DNA of 64,000 bases. Origin: Chiloscyllium plagiosum (lineage: Eukaryota). The DNA is taken from contig NC_057718.1 of NCBI RefSeq assembly GCF_004010195.1, positions 29,289,206 through 29,353,205 on the forward strand. Reading direction: 5' to 3'. How positions within the stretch are numbered: position 1 is the first letter of the stretch; the number at the start of each line of letters is the position of its first letter. The notes below the pieces were generated by a model. It did not search any database. It was not told where the DNA came from and saw nothing but the letters and a program-made list of their open reading frames with translations. Shown piece after piece: positions 36,882-47,997 of this stretch. A program made the position numbers and the translations under genes.

Positions 36882-37179
36882 CCTGAAGAAGGGCTTATGC
36901 CCGAAACGTCAATTCTCCTGTTCCTTTGATGCTGCCTGACCTGCTGCGCTTTTCCAGCAACACATTTTTCAGCGCTGATTACCTGGGCTCGGTAGCGAAC
37001 TGGGGTCGCGCTTATGATCAGAGCTGAAAAAGTGTTGCTGGAAAAGCGCAGCAGGTCAGGCAGCATCCAAGGAACAGGAGAATCGACGTTTCGGGCATAA
37101 GCCCTTCTTCAGGAATGGTGCTTTTCCAGCAACACATTTTCAGCTCTGATCTCCAGCATCTGCAGCCCTCACTTTCTCC
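36882..37179. mobile_element. Two short Penelope pLTR inserts in DYNC2LI1 intron 1 (36882-36972; 37021-37179), each with an intact HHR core (36883-36910 plus; 37085-37112 minus)
   Basis: Flanking direct repeats cgctgatt (36874/36973) and tcgc[g/a]cttatgatca (37006/37180). Confidence 0.8.
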
Positions 37180-37424
37180 TCGCACTTATGATCATGCAAC
37201 AACTGGAAAATATTCTGGCTGATCCAATGACTTCCGTCTTCTTGGCCGAATAGTTCTTATTATCCCTTTCATCGCGATTCTTCCTGCTGTTCATCCTTTT
37301 TAAAACCTGAACACTTATGGGTAATAGAAAGAGGTACAATTGTTTACTGCCTTTTTGTTTTCTTGGGATGTGAATCAAACTAGTGGACTTCCAACCACTG
37401 AATTATTTGGAAATACAGTCAGTA

Positions 37425-37510
37425 TGGGTGGGTTGCGCTTCGTAGGGCGGTGTGGACTTGTTGGGCCGAAGGGCCTGTTTCCACACTGTAAGTAATCTAA
37501 TCTAATCTAA
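37425..37510 (+). mobile_element. SINE 3' tail fragment
   Basis: Matches 45945-46032. Confidence 0.8.
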
Positions 37511-37702
37511 AACAGTGACATAAATAGATGATGAATTTTGGTTGTCTACCAAAATGATGGTCAATAAATAAAAATGCTCTTTTAGTGGCATTTTTCCATC
37601 GATTCTGACAGTCACATTGACGGGTCCTTCCTTAACCTTTCTGCTGAAATGTGAACAGTTCTAAAATTATTTTAATGGGACTATTTTATGTCTTTTGAAT
37701 CA

Positions 37703-37853
37703 TGATTTGGAGACACCGGTGTTGGACTGGGGTGTACAAAGTTAAAAATTATACAGCACCATATTATAGTCACCTGATGAAGGAGCAGCGCTCCAAAAGC
37801 TAGTGCTTCCAAATAAACCTGTTGGACTATAACCTGGCATTGTGTGATTTTTA
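37703..37853. mobile_element. Short Penelope-type insert of another family with an HHR-like core (37774-37802; G12 mutated)
   Basis: 12-bp TSD tcttttgaatca. cac-CTGATGA-A-GGAGC-agc-GCTCC-aAAAG-CTA-gtg. Confidence 0.7.
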
Positions 37854-38233
37854 TCTTTTGAATCAGTATTTCTTAAATTTGAAGCATTCTGTGTAGAGTC
37901 AAATCTTAGCCATTTTCTAAATCAGGGCCAGAGCATTTTACAAATTAAATTTATAAAGAAAAACAGCCTCCAAAACATTGAAACATTTGAACAACAGAAA
38001 ATATTGGTAGTACAATTAAATTTGTCATCATTTGAAACTACTAAATAAAACCATAGTATCTTGGATAAGAAATTCATTTTCAAGAGTTCTTTTAAGTTAA
38101 TCTTTTGTTCGTATATTTTTTTTCCATGATTGGTGTATGTAATTTGAAATAATTTGCTTCAATATTGCCAGGAGATAAATTGCTCGGTATGTCAACTTCT
38201 CTTGTTTTTATTCTTTGTTTTTTTAATCTACAG

Positions 38234-38351
38234 TGACACTCTCTGGGATATAGCTGTGGCTCAAGTTTCAAAGAAAAACGAGGAGAAGGAAAATGAAGGA
38301 GATCTAGAAGTCAAGGAGAGATCTGTATTCTTTTTGGGAAATAAAACTGGT
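38234..38351 (+). CDS. DYNC2LI1: DYNC2LI1 exon 2 (DTLWDIAVAQVSKK...SVFFLGNKTG)
   Basis: Homologous to ETLWEIAKAEV...FVFFIGSKNG. CAG/GTAAGT, 118 bp. First half of the P-loop GxxxxGKT. Confidence 0.95.
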
Positions 38352-38497
38352 GTAAGTGGCTAGGATTACTTTAAAAAAACTGAATTTGTAATGTATTCTA
38401 AACCCCTCACCCCCCCAAAAAATGTTGTAGAATTGCAGGAATGAATTCTAGTAATTTGTAGCATTGCATAAAATGTAAATATCACTCTGCGGTTCTA

Positions 38498-40430
38498 ATG
38501 AACATAGAACATAGAAAAGTACAGCACAGAACAGGCCCTTTGGCCCATGATGTTGTGCCGAGGTTTAATCCTAATGTAAAACATAATAACTTAACCTACA
38601 CACCCCTCAACTCACTGTTATCCATGTGCATGTCCAGCAGTCGCTTAAATGTCCCCAATGACCCTGCTTCCACCTCCACAGCTGGCAAAGCGTTTTATGC
38701 ATTCACAACTCTTTGCGTAAAGAACCTACCTCTGATGTCTCCTTTATAACCTTCCTGCTAATATCTTCAAACTATAACTCCTCATACCTGTCAATCCTGC
38801 CCTGGGTAAAAGTCTCTGGCTATTGACTCTATCTATTCCACTCATTATTTTGTATACCTCGATCAGGTCTCCTCTCTTCCTCCTTCTCTCCAGAGAGAAA
38901 AATCTGAGCTTATTCAACCTTTCCTCAAAAGGCAAGCCCTCCAGTCCAGGCAGCATCCTGGTAAACCTTCTTTGCACCCTCTCCAAAGCCTCTGTATCTT
39001 TCCTATAGTAGAGCGACCAGATCTGGACTCAATATTCCAAGTGTGGTCTCACCAGGGACTTGTAGAGCTGTAGCAAAACCTCGTGGCTCTTAAACTCGAT
39101 CCCCTATTAATGAAAGTCAAAACACCATATGCTTTCTTAACAACCCTATCCATTTGGGTGGCAACTTTGAGGGATTTATGTACTTGCACACCCAGATCCC
39201 TCTTTTCCTCCACACTGTTAAGAATCTTGTCTTTAATCCTATATTCAGCATTCGAGTTCGACCTTCCAAAATGCATCACTTCGCATTCATCCAGGTTGAA
39301 CTCCATCTGCCATTTCTCAGCCCAACTCTGCATCCTGTCTATGTTTCGCTGCAGCCAGCAGTAGCCCTCTGTACTATTGACGACACCTCCAACCTTTGTG
39401 TCATCTGCAAATTTACTAACCCAACCACCTCATCCAAGTCGTTTATAAAACTACAAAGAGCAGAGGCCCAAGGACAGAGCCCTGCAGGACTCCACTCAAC
39501 ACTGACCTCCAGGCAGAATACTTTCCATCTATAGCCACACTCTGCCTTCTGTCAGCCAGCCAATTCTGAATCCAGATAGTCAAATCTCGCTGTATCTCAT
39601 ACTTCCTGACTTTATGAATGAGCCTACCATGGAGAACCTTATCAAATGCCTTGCTGAAGTCCATATACACCACATCCACTACTCAACTTTCATTGACCTG
39701 TCTTGACACCTCTTCAAAGATTTGTGAGGCATAACCTGCCCCTCACAAAGCCATGCTGAATGCCTTTAATCACACTATGCTTTGCCAAATAGTCATAAAT
39801 CCTATCCCTCAGAATTCTTTCTAAAACTTTGCTGACCACAGACTTAAGACTGACTGGTCTGTAATTGCCAGGGATTTCCCTATTACCCTTCTTGAAAAGA
39901 GGAACAACATTCGCCTCCTTCCAATTCTCCAGTACGACTCCCATGGAGAGTGAGGAGGCAAATATCCTTGCCAGCAGCTTAGCAACCTCCTTTCTCGCTT
40001 CCCGGAGCAGCCTAGGATAAACCTGGTCTGGCCCTAGGGACTTATCAATCTTAATGTTTTCCAAAATTTTCAGCACATCAACCTCATCAATTTTGATCTC
40101 GTCAAGATTGTGTCCCACCTCCTTGAAGTTTTCATTCACAACAAGTTCCCTTTCCTTGGTGAAAACCAAAGCAAAAAACTCATTTAGGGCTTCCCAAACT
40201 GCTCAGACTCCAAGTTCCATCCGCTATCCCTGATTGACCCTACCTTCTCCCTGATCATTCTGTTATTCCTCACGTATGAGTAAAATGCATTTGGGTTCTC
40301 CCTAATCCTTCTTGCCAAGCCTTTCTCGTGCACCCTCCTGGATCTCCTCTGTCCATTTCTGAGCTCCTTTCTAGCAAGCCTGTAATCCTCTAAAGCTGTG
40401 CTAGATCCTTGCTACCTCCACCTTACGTAA
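38498..40430 (-). mobile_element. CR1 LINE 3' half (RT)
   Basis: KSLGPDQVYPR, VVPLFKKG, YMDFSKAFDK, QGSVLGP. Tail at ~38500. Confidence 0.92.
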
Positions 40431-40644
40431 TGAACAGTTAGAGTAGCTGCTAAATGCAAATTATTTTTTCACAAATTGGAAAGGGAAAATAAAGGGATCA
40501 CTTACTCACCGGAGAGTCAGAGATAGCATATATCCAAATCTCATTAAGGGATACTCCTTAATTTTCCATGAAACATTATTCAAAGTGGTCTTAAAAGTAA
40601 CAGTTTATTTTATTTCAGTTTTTAATCTGTTAAATTGTCTGTCA

Positions 40645-41440
40645 TTATAGAGTCATAGAGATGTACAGCACAGAAATAGACCCTTTGATCCCACGTGTCC
40701 GTGCCAACCACATATCCTAACCCAATCTAGACCCATACGTCAGCATTTGGCCCATATCCCTCTAAACCTTTACTATTCAGATACCCATGCAGATGCCTTT
40801 TAAATGCTGTAATTGTACCAGTCTCCATCACTTCCTCTGGCAGCTCATTCCTTACACGCACCACCCTCTGCGTGAAAAAGTTGCCCCTTAGGTCCCTGGT
40901 AAATCTTTCCCCTCTCAACCTAAACATACGCACTCTTGTTCTGGACTCCCCCACCCCAGGGAAAAGACCATGTCTATATACACTAATCATGCCCTTCATG
41001 ATCTTGTAAACCTCTATAAGGTCACCCCTCAGCCTCCAATACTCCAGGGAAAAGAGTTCCAGCCTATTCAGCCTCTCTCTGTTGCTTAAACATTCCAACC
41101 CTGGCAACGTCCTTGTAAATCTTTTTGAACCCTTTCAAGTTTTACAACATCCTTCCGATAGGAAAGAGACCTGAATTGCACACAATATTCCAAAGTGGCC
41201 TAAGTAATGTCCTGTATAGCTGCACCATGACCTCTCAACTCCCATACTCAGTGTTCTGACCAATTAAAAAAAAACATACCAAACTCCTTCTTCACTATCC
41301 TATCTACCTGCAACTCTACTTTCAAGGAACTGTAATCCTGCACTCCAAGATCTCTTTATTCAGCAAGACTCCCCAGTACCTTACCATTAAGTGGATAAAT
41401 CCTGCCCTGATTTGCCTTTCCAAAATGCAGTACCTCATTA
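40645..41440 (-). mobile_element. CR1 3' fragment
   Basis: RLRGDLIEVYKIM...FFTQRVV. Confidence 0.88.
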
Positions 41441-41619
41441 TATATAAATCGGAATTCATTTTATGCTAATTGTTCTGTTAACATGGTGTTTTGTCATCTG
41501 TTGGAGAGACTGTTGGCAATCTTTACTGTTTCCTTCATAACCAAGAAATAAAAGATCAGCCTTGTGATATATATCTTATTTACCTTGCCATTCGGTTTGT
41601 CGATAGAAAGTATCAGCCT

Positions 41620-42650
41620 TTCTGCTTTTCAAGGTCTGGCGTGAAGGGAGTGTAGTACCACAGCAAAACTCAGCACAAGCTGGAAAAACAGCACACCATC
41701 TTTTGCTTGTAGATCCTGCAGCCTTCTGGACGAAATATCGAGTTCATAACGTTAGGACTTGAGCTCTCCCATGCCCTCACTCCAACCTCACACACCAGGC
41801 CTTGCAATTACATAGTCTGTTATTACACACAACCATTGTTAGCCACTTACAGCCCCCATTAATAGCTAATCAGCCTCCTAGCCACAAGCTTTCCACTCCT
41901 TTGTCTGTCCAACTGTTCTCCCTCTCTTTGGGTTCTATCCCCACCTATCATTCACTCCTCATCCCCTACCCCCCATCCTCTACATCTCAACTGACATTTT
42001 CCTAGCAACTATCGGTTCTGAAGTGGGTCCCTTGACCCAAAATGGTAACTCTGGTTTCTTTCCACAGATGCTGCCAGATCTGCTGGGCTTTTTCAGCAAT
42101 GGATGTAGGTTTGGTCGCTGAACTGGAAGATTCATGTTCAGACATTTCATCACCATACTAGGTAACATCTTCAGTGAGTCTCTGGACGAAGCTTGCTGAT
42201 GATTCCTGTTTTCTATTTATATGTTTAGGTTTCTTTGGGTTGGTGATGTCATTTCCTGTTCTTTTTCTCAGGAGGTGGTAAATCATGTCCAAGTCAACGT
42301 GTTGGTTGATAGTCAACATTAACACGTTGACTTGGACCTGATTTACCACCCCGAGGAAAAAAACAGGAAATGACATCACCATAGGAAATGACATCACCAA
42401 CCCAAACCCAAAGAAACCCAAACATATAAATAGAATGCAGGAATCATCAGCAATGCTTCATCTGGAGGCTCACTGAAGATGTTACCTAGTATGGTGACGA
42501 AACGTCTGAACATGAATGTTTAAGCTCAGTGAGCAAACCTACATCCAGAACCTCAACCTGAACTACAGATCTTTTCAAACTCACTTTTTCAGCAATTTCT
42601 ACTTCTGTTTCTGATTTACAGCATCTGCAGTCTTTTGGTTTTTTATTTTA
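41620..42650. mobile_element. Penelope-like 3'/pLTR remnant containing a nested palindromic insert (42101-42583) of a different PLE family
   Basis: 13-bp TSD ctttttcagcaat (42088-42100, 42584-42596). Arms of ~210 bp. Intact HHR core at 42473-42506. Confidence 0.8.
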
Positions 42651-42813
42651 GATAAAATTTACATGTTTATTTTGTATACTGATTTTCAGCAAAGTCTGCT
42701 TTCTAAATTATTTTCAGAGCAAGTTGATTCTGAGCATTGTTAACTTGGCTTATTATTTTTAAAAAAAATACATGTAAAAAGTAGAATGCTCATCATTTTG
42801 CATTAATTTACAG

Positions 42814-42848
42814 GGAAAAACTACAATTATACTCCGATTTCTTGACAG
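42814..42848 (+). CDS. DYNC2LI1: DYNC2LI1 exon 3 (GKTTIILRFLDR)
   Basis: P-loop GKT motif. CAG/GTATGT, 35 bp. Confidence 0.95.
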
Positions 42849-43302
42849 GTATGTATTAATTTCTGAAATCTGGAGGACTAAGTCACAAAGCAACTGAGCA
42901 CATTGTCGAGTCCTAGAATGTGAATTTAAACCTACTCCTACTTAACCATTGAAAGCTTAGTGAATTTCCCTTTTGTGTCTGAACCCTCTGAACACTGGCT
43001 TTAATAGCAGTGGGTAGCTGATTCTCACTTAGTGTGGGAAAATTGTCTCTTGGGAAAATGACCAGGAATCAGGATAATCGCAGGGAACTGGCACAGTGGC
43101 TGGATTTTGAAAGTGTTGTACCTATCTGGCCCTGTTCTCACTCCCATAATGGAGTCAAAACCCTGCTTAAGCTCTCTGTTTGACTTGGGTTTATTTTTAT
43201 ACTGTTAGATATAGATCCAGAGAAATAATATAAGCTTGACAATATTAATGTGACAATATTAAATAAACAATTCTAACGCTTGCAATGAACTTGCCTTTAC
43301 AG

Positions 43303-43372
43303 GGATGAAATCCCGAAGCCTACGTTAGCTTTGGAATATACTTTTGGAAGAAGAGCAAAAGGGCATAATACT
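43303..43372 (+). CDS. DYNC2LI1: DYNC2LI1 exon 4 ([23 protein letters not shown])
   Basis: Near-identical to the vertebrate orthologue as recalled. CAG/GTATGT, 70 bp. Confidence 0.95.
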
Positions 43373-44997
43373 GTATGTACTGGCATTGCTGTGTTAAATG
43401 CAAATTGATGCGGGAAAGTGACAGGTATTGTTGCCTAGAGTCAACCTTTAATGCCAAGTTCTTCTCTCAAAGAAGCTAAGACTGACATTTGTCTACCCTA
43501 CTGACTTGTCAGATAATGAGGAATCAGTAGAGAGCAACCAGAAGAGAAAGTAATCTGAGTAAATGTAATAGGACATAACTCTCTTATTGTGAAGCAGAAT
43601 GCTGATTAAATGGCATACCTAAATATCTGGGACGGTACTCTTAATAATGCAGCCTCGTTCAATATGGCATTTTCTTGTGTAACCATAGGGAGAATAGTTA
43701 AATATACCTTCTATAATTGTCAATGTCATGGCATATAGTATTCCAAAAGAAACCAGCACTGAGGGTCTTGAAGTTGATATACTTTTTTTAAACTTTCACA
43801 ACTCTGAACAAAAAGCAACATATTATTATTGTTATATCTGTTCTTTCACGTGTTGCCAGATCAAGAATTTATTTTTGCTAAATGCATTAAAAACCTTTAA
43901 TTAGATCTCACTTAATTTGGATAGTGTTTTTAACTTGAAAGCCCCTACATTCTATTCAAGAATTGTACTATGCAAGTGACATTCACATATGATCCTTTAC
44001 AAAAATTACAGATCTCATTATAACCTGACATGTCTCAAAGAAATAATAGATTATATAAAGTCCTGCACTCGTTAAATGTAGTTAATATTATTACTTCTAA
44101 ACATTTCTGCTTTCAATAGTAATGTTATGATATTTAACTAATTATGGGTATTGAAAATCTGTTACACTGAAGTATGGATACATGTATAAAGGATAAATTG
44201 ATTCATCATGTATGAATGGAGGAATCTGAGAGTGACCATTTTGCTTCATATTCCACATCCAGATGTGCATGAATGCTGATCTGAATGAAGCTTGCTTGCC
44301 AACATAAAGTAGAACTTCATAAACTGCCCCATATAAATTATAAATATACATTCAGACAGAAATTATGTGTACAGAAATTCTGAGATTTTTTATACTTGTC
44401 ATCCAAGTAATAGGTGCTTTTCAAATTTTTGAAAAGGTAGTTGCTTCTGTTCAATTTTTGTAATTTTATTGCAAGTTCACACTATTCATCTATACGGTCG
44501 TGGATTTTATTAATTTCAGTACATTGTAACTTATTTTTTCTTTGGTTCAGTCTTAAAAGTAAAATGTAACTTTGTGTCTGGTGATAGTTGATCAATCAGT
44601 ACTACCAATTTTCTTCCACTGGAGGGCATTGGCATAATAAGCAATTAAGCAGTCGACATAAAGGCCTGCTGGAAATCTGAAATAATTATGGGTGAACATT
44701 TTGAGTGTAGATTGATATGGGGGTTTGAAGAACTGAGTTCTAATAAGGCGCTGCACACAAAATGCGAAAGCATGGGAATGTGGTGCATTACTGTATCTGC
44801 AGACTGTATCTGCAGTTGATCCGCCTTCCTGAAACTATCATCCATCACACCCTGTAGCTCCTATAGATTCCTCATATTTTAATGAAAAGAAATGTTAATA
44901 TAATTGAAGTCATGAGTAACTATTAATATAGGATTTTGTAGGGTGGTGTGAAACTGCAAATTTGTTATCTTTCTTTATACTGAAAACTATTTTGCAG

Positions 44998-45086
44998 CCA
45001 AAGGACATTGCTCACTTTTGGGAACTAGGTGGTGGAACATCATTATCTGATCTTGCTCAGATTCCAATCACCATCGACAGCATAAG
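44998..45086 (+). CDS. DYNC2LI1: DYNC2LI1 exon 5 ([30 protein letters not shown])
   Basis: Conserved [22 protein letters not shown], 89 bp. Confidence 0.95.
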
Positions 45087-45711
45087 GTTTGTATTTGTGT
45101 GGTTCTGCCTTGCAACGGTATTGGAAGAGATCAGTAGTGGAATCCTCACCGACTGGGAGAACTTTAGAATTCTAACTACCAGGTTGGGAAATTGAGGTGA
45201 ATTAAAATGAACTTTTAAGAACTTCAGCACACCTGAGGTTGGTTCCAGGAGGAGTGACAGAGTCTTCAAGATCCTAAAAAGTATTGGAGAACCTCTTAGA
45301 TGGAACTAGACATGGATTGGGAAATGATCAAAAATTTTCTCGTTTAAATAATAAGGGCTTGCAAAATATAGTGTTCAGTTAGTAGTACTTGTTTTGTTTA
45401 TTTGTGCTGTATTTTGTTTTGTTTAAATCATTAAATGTTGTGCCATAAATTACTTCAATTAATATATGGAAGTTTGGTCTCCCTCACAATCATTACATAT
45501 TGGAATATGAAAATCTGTGCTGTGTAGGTCAAGAACCATAATTATACAATTTGTTAGATATTACAGCACAATTTACAACTTTGTCACTTGGAGGTTTGTA
45601 ATCAGCTTAGATAAATGCCATAAGATTCGGTAATGTGTGACATCTCCTTAGCTTTTTATCAATTTTATGTGCATTGAAAGCAATTTTAAGTGCATTGAAA
45701 GGTGACCTGAT

Positions 45712-46032
45712 GGGCGGCACGGTGGCACAGTGGTTAGCACTGCTGCCTCACAGCGCCTGAGACCCGGGTTCAATTCCTGCCTCAGGCAACTCTCTGTGTG
45801 GAGTTTGCACATTCTCCCCGTGTCTGCGTGGGTTTCCTCCGGGTGCTCCGGTTTCCTCCCACAATCCAAAAATGTGCAGGTTAGGTGAATTGGCCATGCT
45901 AAATTGCCCGTAGTGTTAGGTGAAGGGGTAAATGTAGGAGAATGGGTCTGGGTGGGTTACGCTTTGGCGGGTCGGTGTGGACTTGTTGGGCCGAAGGGCC
46001 TGTTTCCACACTGTAAGTAATCTAATCTAATC
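45712..46032 (+). mobile_element. Full-length HE1/V-SINE-like tRNA SINE
   Basis: A box ggcacagtggttagc, B box gggttcaattcc, V-domain-like core, CR1-derived tail, (TAATC)n. Confidence 0.9.
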
Positions 46033-46059
46033 AAATTTGCAATGTTCCAATTGAACTAG

Positions 46060-46246
46060 GACCATTTCTATTGTTTTGGTTTTGGACCTTTCCAAGCCCA
46101 ATGACCTATGGCTAAGCATGGAGAAATTGCTGAATGTGACAAAGAACCATATCAATACAACCATAAATGAACTGGGCAAGAAGGATTCCATAAATGTAAA
46201 TGATTTCAAGCAAAAGACCTGGAAAACATTGCAGCGGAATCACCCG
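46060..46246 (+). CDS. DYNC2LI1: DYNC2LI1 exon 6 (TISIVLVLDLSKPNDLWLSMEKLL...RNHP)
   Basis: Conserved VLVLDLSKPNDLW. TAG/GTGAGT, 187 bp. Confidence 0.95.
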
Positions 46247-47279
46247 GTGAGTCTAACTTTGGAGAATTTCCTTTAACTTTGCATAATAGCGTCATTAATC
46301 GAACATCAAAACTTACTTAAAGAATGGTACCTGTAACCGAACTTATTTTGTCTAGTCCATGTCCAGTCCAGATGTAGTTTTCAGATTAAGCATGATTAGA
46401 ATGTAAAGGATAATTGGAGCAGGTCACATAGATGTAAGTCAGTTCTTATTTTAAAGAAATCATCTTTCACATAGTTTTATATAATTTAGAGTTAAATAAC
46501 AAACCTTTGGTAGTTTGATGGGCAGAAAAATAGGATTTCCATGTACTTCAAGTTGAGAAGTTAGGAAATGCAAGAGTGTATTTACAGAGGCAAATTCTAA
46601 TTGTAATATCACAGAAAAAAGAATAACACAAATAGATTTATGTTTTTAAAATTTATTTAGATCTGTGGAGATACCAAGTAACCTGATTTTTTTTCTAGTT
46701 TTTTTGTTATTATTTTGAATTTCTAGCATCAGCAGTATTTTGCTTTTGTATCAACCCTAATATGAAAACCTTTGTAGTAATTTAGTAATATAATAAAACC
46801 TTGTCACACAAACGAATGGTATTATTACTAATTAATTTATCAGCTTGCTACACTCTATGAAACAGTTTACAGAGGGTACTGTTGGCTTCAAAAACCTCTC
46901 TACTCCGAGGTTTTCCGTATTAAGAGGGAATATCAAAAGATTTTTAAAAATTTGATTGTAGCACAACACTTGGTGCATGTACCCTTTCATCTCCGATACC
47001 TTGGTGTCAGATAACACGCAGTTATCTCCTCTTTTAATCATTTTCGGGATAAATAAACTGCAATTTATTTGTAATGGTTTATAGTGCTGTGTTGTGAAAT
47101 TTGGTCTTTCTTTGGTGTTTCTATGGCAGCTCTTTGCTAGATCTTTCATATGATTTTCTAGGCAAACTTCAACCCTCAGTGTGTTTTGGTTGCATTTGAG
47201 ACAGATATTTTGAATTATGTGGATTTCTCTTGCTATGTTGTTGAGATCTACCAAAATGTACGTAAACCTTAAGCATTAA

Positions 47280-47654
<375 letters not shown>

Positions 47655-47997
47655 TAGCTATGATAAATGCATTGTCAGAGAACAAGAGGATCACAGAGAC
47701 AGGATGCCATCTATAAACTTTTCTTATAGTTATGAAAGCAACTTGTCTCCCTCAATTTACATACTGAATACATGTTGATCCAATCCAGCACCAAGTCATC
47801 TGTTGCTCAAGTTTGATATTAATAGCAGAAGTGACAATAATCTCTATTTTAAATTATTTATATTTTAATAGATAAGGTTACAGAATAGACTAGATGAGAA
47901 ACAAAATTTGTCTGCATTGTTCTAACAATGTTTGTCAGCCTGGATTTTTGAAAAAAGTTGCATTTCCATTTTCCACACTTGTCATCTGTTTGGGATA

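Noticed and set aside
46832..47254. 140-aa minus-strand ORF in DYNC2LI1 intron 6
   Set aside because: Non-ATG start and no recognisable domain. It could be a decayed TE, but I cannot support a call.
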